Shown here piece by piece: positions 33,614 through 37,539 of a stretch of DNA of 37,539 nt. The position numbers and the translations under genes are program-made. The notes beneath the pieces are model-generated. The model saw only the letters and a list, made by a program, of their open reading frames with translations, had not been told where the DNA came from and made no database searches. The stretch's first letter is position 1. The number at the start of each line of letters is the position of its first letter. Origin of the DNA: an uncultured Nitrososphaerota archaeon (lineage in GTDB: Bacteria > Bacillota > Clostridia > Oscillospirales > Ruminococcaceae); NCBI GenBank assembly GCA_934869045.1, contig CAKXAF010000002.1:1-37539 (forward strand), given 5' to 3'.

Positions 33614-35360
33614 ACTCAAATGCTTCCGGGTTGTGTTTATAGGCGACGTAGGCGTCCATCATGGCCGCCACCGCGTCGATCTTCTGGTCAGACCGCTTTT
33701 TCAGCAGCTTACGGTTGCCGTTGGTGTCCTCCATCGTGATGCAGTTGCCCATAGAGAAGGTGATTAAGTCCTCGTCAAAGAGCAGCATCCGCTCTCCGGC
33801 CAGCTTCTTCAGCTCGCCCAGGGGGACGGATTCCGTTCTCGCGCCCTGCCGGACCACCTCGACCCCAAACGGGCCGTTCTCATTGACCCAGCGTTCCACA
33901 AATTCCTTGGCGTTGTAGGGGTCATATCCAAAGCAGCGCACATCGTAGCCGCAGTTGATGATGTGGTCGTCCAGATCCTCATAGACCTGCATCATGTCGA
34001 GAACTGTCCCCTCCATAACGATCAGGCTGCCCTCTGCCATAAAGTCCTCGTACTTGACCCGCATGGCCGCCGGGAGCTTATGGAGCGTCACCGATGTGAT
34101 GTAGTTGCGCGACTTAACGCCAAAGGAACCATCCCGAAGAGGGAACAGGAACGTAAAGGAGCAGAAGTCGTCGCCCTGGGAGAGATCGGCGCCCATGGAG
34201 CAGGGCATCTGCCAAAACCGCTGCCGGCGGTGTGGCAAAGTCTCCTCGTAGGTGAAGTAGTAGGTGTACCCCTCCATAGGGAGGCCGAACCGCTTTGCCA
34301 GCATGTCATTCCGCGTGGCGGGGGCGGTTTCCGCCCGATCCACATCCTTCTGATAGGTCTCATAGGTGACGGTCTTTCCCAGATTCGGGTTGGCCTTGGG
34401 CCACATATCGGGGTAGGCCACCTCCTCAACGGAGTCCAGCTTGTACCACCAGATGGAAACATGTTCCTGCGGAGGACCGATGCCCTGGAGAATGTTCATC
34501 AGCTCCATTTTGATGGTATCGCCAGCGCCGTTGCGGACTGTACCCTCGGAGCTGGTGGCTATAATAAGGTAGTCGTCCAGCTTGGAGGCGCCCTGTTCCA
34601 CCGCGCCGATGACGTCCTCCCGGGCGTCGGCGGAGGACAGCCACTCGTCCACGGTAGCCACTTTGCAGCGCAGACCCTGGAGCTTGTCCACCGACATAGG
34701 ACGGATTTCGACCAGGGAGCCTGAAATGAAATTCTCAATGCCCTTCTTGGTAGAGGCCAGCTTCACCCGGTTGGCCCGGGACCCGGTGGTGTTCTGCAAA
34801 GACCCCTCGGTCATGAACTGGAAGACGGGGCCTCTGGCCCGGGTGATGGCGGTCTTGATGGGGTTGATGATCTCCTCGGCCTGCTTCATGGTGGGGGCCG
34901 TGGTGATCTGATGGGTGGTGGAACCGTCCACAACGCAAAAGTATGCCTGAATGCAGGAATCGTAGAGCGACTTCGCCGCACCCCGTCCCACGATCAGGTA
35001 CTGCTTTTTGGTCAGCCGCTGCTTGATCCGCTTGGTCACATAGCGTCCGCCTCTGCCGTCCGGATTGGGCACATAGACAGAGCGGTCGTCGAAATAGTAC
35101 CAGCCAAACACCTGTTCCCCCCAAAGCTTGAAGGTGTCCAGAAGATGCAGGTCGGAACCATCGGTCAGGGTCAGCTCGTTCTCGCAGAACTCGATCCAGC
35201 CCTCTACCGCCCTGTCGTCATAGTAGTAGCTAGGCGACTCGATCAGCCGGTCGATCCGGTACATCTCCATGGCAACTTCCTTGCAGACCGGAATATCGCC
35301 GCGGATGACCGCATCGCGGAATGCGCCGTAGTAACGGGGGACGGCGGTGTTGGATAACAT
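33612..35360 (-). CDS. terL: Terminase large subunit
   Basis: 582 aa. It has a Walker A-like LIVGRGAAKS, a Walker B-like KVATVDEWLSS, and a C-terminal nuclease-type region (..CFGYDPYNAKEF..QKIDAVAAMMDAYVAY). Confidence 0.9.
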   Translation of the reverse strand: MLSNTAVPRYYGAFRDAVIRGDIPVCKEVAMEMYRIDRLIESPSYYYDDRAVEGWIEFCENELTLTDGSDLHLLDTFKLWGEQVFGWYYFDDRSVYVPNPDGRGGRYVTKRIKQRLTKKQYLIVGRGAAKSLYDSCIQAYFCVVDGSTTHQITTAPTMKQAEEIINPIKTAITRARGPVFQFMTEGSLQNTTGSRANRVKLASTKKGIENFISGSLVEIRPMSVDKLQGLRCKVATVDEWLSSADAREDVIGAVEQGASKLDDYLIIATSSEGTVRNGAGDTIKMELMNILQGIGPPQEHVSIWWYKLDSVEEVAYPDMWPKANPNLGKTVTYETYQKDVDRAETAPATRNDMLAKRFGLPMEGYTYYFTYEETLPHRRQRFWQMPCSMGADLSQGDDFCSFTFLFPLRDGSFGVKSRNYITSVTLHKLPAAMRVKYEDFMAEGSLIVMEGTVLDMMQVYEDLDDHIINCGYDVRCFGYDPYNAKEFVERWVNENGPFGVEVVRQGARTESVPLGELKKLAGERMLLFDEDLITFSMGNCITMEDTNGNRKLLKKRSDQKIDAVAAMMDAYVAYKHNPEAFE

Positions 35361-35378
35361 CGGTTCACCAGCCTCCCG

Positions 35379-36263
35379 TTACAGCCCCAGCGCTTTTCTG
35401 CCAAGGAGAACCAGGGTGGAGAACTTCTGCTCGCTCAGCTTTGTCCGGTAGGTATCTTTTGGAATAACCTGCTCCATGTCGAACACGATGATGGGCGATT
35501 TGGCCTTGAAACCGCCGTAAATGGCGTCGTTCGTGTCAAGGAGCGCGCCGTAGCCCGCCTTTTTGCATTCGTTAAAAAACTTGGTGCGCTGGACATAGAC
35601 GTCATGCCCCTTCCATCGGTCACCCTGTCCGTCATATGGAATCACATAATTGAACATCCGATAGACTGTCTGGAGATCTTTGGCCGAGGGCGTATAGTCC
35701 GGGTCCTTCATCCTTTCCAACACTGCGGCAGCTTCCCGATACCCCTTGAATTTGTACTTGTCTTTCACGAAATAGCTCTGCATCCGGTCCTTATCCGTTA
35801 CAAAGTTATAAAAATCCCGATCTTTTCGATAGAGATTCATGAAGACCTCTGCGCCGGAGTCCTCGCTCGCCACCTTCAAGTCAGTTTTAAGCGAGTTGTC
35901 GATCCGGTACTTCATAAACGCGCCGGTTCCGATTTGCTTCCCATTCTTGTCATATACCGGCTGCGGGATCGGCCGGTTGAACAGTGCGTTATACTGGTGC
36001 TTGTCCAGGGAATTGTGGGTTGCGTAGAACATATCGGTGTTCTTGGTCCGGTCCTTGTCATAGGACAACGTGCTCAGGGTCGTCTTATCGGCGTTCAGCA
36101 CTTCGTCAAAGTGCTTCTTGTTGTAGATACTGTTGCCGCTCTTCCGCTTATTGCGGATGGCTTTTTTCTGAGCCGGAGTGTAGTCGCCGCCCCGCAGGGG
36201 ATAGGGAGGACCGTTCCGAACGCCCCACTTCTGTTTCAGAATTCCATGGTGATACAGTTCCAT
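35379..36263 (-). CDS. Divergent HYG-motif protein B with a ~250-aa globular C-terminal domain of unknown function
   Basis: The track ORF starts at TTG 36269; ATG 36263 is preferred. The N-terminus is MELYHHGILKQKWGVRNGPPYPLRGGDYTPAQKK. It lies immediately upstream of terL. Confidence 0.65.
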   Translation of the reverse strand: MELYHHGILKQKWGVRNGPPYPLRGGDYTPAQKKAIRNKRKSGNSIYNKKHFDEVLNADKTTLSTLSYDKDRTKNTDMFYATHNSLDKHQYNALFNRPIPQPVYDKNGKQIGTGAFMKYRIDNSLKTDLKVASEDSGAEVFMNLYRKDRDFYNFVTDKDRMQSYFVKDKYKFKGYREAAAVLERMKDPDYTPSAKDLQTVYRMFNYVIPYDGQGDRWKGHDVYVQRTKFFNECKKAGYGALLDTNDAIYGGFKAKSPIIVFDMEQVIPKDTYRTKLSEQKFSTLVLLGRKALGL

Positions 36264-36269
36264 AAACAA

Positions 36270-36785
36270 CTACCCCCGCAATTCCTTGATTGCAAGGGCA
36301 ATGCTCAGGGAAGACCCTGCGATCGCCAGAACGCTTCCCGCCACTTCCAGCGTATCCCGCAATGCCTGCCGCCCTTTGGAAACCTGAGCCGGGGAGGTGT
36401 TCGCGAACAGCTGATTGTATTGCCGCTCCAGAAGTTCCCGGTTGATCTTATCCCGCATCTCCTTGTCGGTCATCTTGCTCAGATCCATCCGTTTCGGAGC
36501 TGGCTTGGACGTGCTGGTCTGCTCCAGCTTTTTCATCTCCTTCACCAGATCCGAGCTGGAGTCGACGGTTTTCTTGGTCCGCTCCAGGTCCTCCTTAGCC
36601 CAGCGCTTCGGGTCCGGGTTGGACAGGTCGATGCGGTTCTCCTTCTTCTTGGCCGCATTTTCCCGCTTATCCCGGTCATAGCGTTTTTCACCGGCGGCGG
36701 TCAGGGTGCCGTCTTTGTTCTGGTAGCGGCGGACGCCCCACTTCATGCCTTTGATGCCGTAGTGCAGGAGCATGCTATTCTCCAT
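36270..36785 (-). CDS. HYG-x-GMKWGVRR-motif protein A (C-terminal TM anchor)
   Basis: 171 aa, ATG 9 nt after GGAGG. The N-terminus is MENSMLLHYGIKGMKWGVRRYQNKDGTLTAAGEKRYD, and the C-terminus is LEVAGSVLAIAGSSLSIALAIKELRG. Confidence 0.7.
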   Translation of the reverse strand: MENSMLLHYGIKGMKWGVRRYQNKDGTLTAAGEKRYDRDKRENAAKKKENRIDLSNPDPKRWAKEDLERTKKTVDSSSDLVKEMKKLEQTSTSKPAPKRMDLSKMTDKEMRDKINRELLERQYNQLFANTSPAQVSKGRQALRDTLEVAGSVLAIAGSSLSIALAIKELRG

Positions 36786-37161
36786 TTTGACTTTCCTCCT
36801 TCCCGCTGGTGTTCTTCACGGGGTCCGCTGCAATAAAAAGCCGCCACTCAAACTCGCTGATCTGCCGGTTGATGGACTCAATGGCAGCGGAGCTGAGAGG
36901 CGGGTCGAATAACAACCGAACCTTCATGTAAACGTAGGATTTGACTAAGGAAAAGATGTTCGGCTTATCCTGAATAAATCCGGACCAGATTTCATCTTTT
37001 CCTGAGATTGAGAAACCGTTGGCAGGTCCAACGCCCATTTGCGTCAGGATGGAAAACACGCTGTTGATGTGGATGATAATGTCCGGGTCAAAGTGCGTGT
37101 AGCTCTCGTCGATGCCCAACAGTTTCTTGATGGATATCAGGATGCTTTCGGAAATCTCCAT
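36775..37161 (-). CDS. gp6-like head-tail connector / putative DNA-packaging family protein
   Basis: 128 aa, ATG 5 nt after GAGGAGG. The pattern SIKKLLGIDESYTHFDPDIIIHINSVFSILTQMGVGP...VKSYVYMKVRLLFDPPLSSAAIESINRQISEFEWRL matches my memory of Phage_connect_1-type proteins. Confidence 0.55.
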   Translation of the reverse strand: MEISESILISIKKLLGIDESYTHFDPDIIIHINSVFSILTQMGVGPANGFSISGKDEIWSGFIQDKPNIFSLVKSYVYMKVRLLFDPPLSSAAIESINRQISEFEWRLFIAADPVKNTSGKEESQNGE

Positions 37162-37171
37162 AACAGCCTCC

Positions 37172-37384
37172 TCACCGGCGGACTGCGATGAACTTCTTCA
37201 TGCAGTACCCCTGGGTGCCATTGGAGGTCGATACTTTATAGAAAGCATCTGTTGACTCGTCTATATTGACGGAAACTCTGGTCAGAGCCGTAATGACTGT
37301 AAGGACTTTGGAATTTGCTCTCGGCTCTTGATAAAGCGCCGCTCTCAGGCAATTCGTCACAACACCGGCAGCATGATTCTCCAT
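37172..37384 (-). CDS. Small hypothetical protein (possible SH3b-like fold)
   Basis: The track ORF is trimmed to ATG 37384 (MENHAAGVVTNCLRAALYQEPRANSKVLTVI...FYKVSTSNGTQGYCMKKFI), which has GAGGAGG 7 nt upstream. The fold guess is weak. Confidence 0.5.
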   Translation of the reverse strand: MENHAAGVVTNCLRAALYQEPRANSKVLTVITALTRVSVNIDESTDAFYKVSTSNGTQGYCMKKFIAVRR

Positions 37385-37539
37385 ATCGAATCCTCCTCGT
37401 ATAATAAGTTTCAAAGTTAATAGTTTCAGGTATCAGCAGGCTTTGAGGTGCCCGTGATACAATAGCTGTAGGACAGCAGGGTCAAGTTCTGAGTCCTCCG
37501 GTTGAGCCGTAAGGCTACTTCACTGAAAGTCTGTTCCCC

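Larger units (their letters stand above)
1697..37539 (-). mobile_element. Prophage late region (packaging, head, tail, lysis, fibres, DGR); continues beyond the right window edge
   Basis: A contiguous, tightly packed minus-strand array with many ATGA/overlap junctions. It includes recognisable terminase, portal, protease-capsid, major tail, tape measure, Dit, Tal, holin and endolysin genes and abuts host cls. The left end falls somewhere in 1531-1696. No integrase and no att repeat is visible in the window. Confidence 0.85.

Noticed and set aside
37415-37539. Possible promoter (TTGACC ... TTGTAT) and small hairpin upstream of the 70-aa gene at the right edge.
   Set aside because: The -10 candidate is poor at every spacing tried, and the hairpin is only 4-5 bp with no U-tract. 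The evidence is insufficient, and the region is cut by the window edge.

Overview
The window holds the 5' 1.5 kb of a host cardiolipin synthase gene (1-1530, minus strand, running off the left edge). The remaining ~36 kb is the late/structural arm of a siphovirus-type prophage, encoded almost entirely on the minus strand. It is GC-rich (~60% by eye) with Gram-positive AAGGAGG-type ribosome-binding sites, which suggests a Clostridia-like host; that host call is inference only. In transcription order (right to left) the genes are: small protein, gp6-like connector, two HYG-x-GMKWGVRR-motif proteins, large terminase, a third motif protein, a plus-strand moron, a fourth motif protein, portal, prohead protease-major capsid fusion, two connector-type proteins, major tail protein, two chaperone-position proteins, an embedded endolysin plus two holin-like genes, HK97 gp10-like protein, a ~3175-aa tape measure protein, Dit, Tal, several fibre proteins, and a 912-aa fibre. 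That last fibre has a C-terminal variable region targeted by a diversity-generating retroelement (VR 4736-4877, TR 4410-4551, RT 3013-4188). Three small genes then lead to the host junction. Items most worth follow-up: (1) the DGR has no Avd gene and its RT carries QMDN in place of the YxDD catalytic box; (2) a four-member paralog family with a shared N-terminal motif brackets terminase and portal; (3) an opposite-strand, self-contained promoter-ORF-terminator moron lies between terminase and portal, insulated by minus-strand terminators; (4) a lysis cassette is embedded in the tail module; (5) the tape measure is built from several in-frame tandem arrays. All family assignments are from reading the translations by eye; no database search was run. 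The long plus-strand ORFs in the track are treated as antisense artefacts of GC-rich coding DNA.
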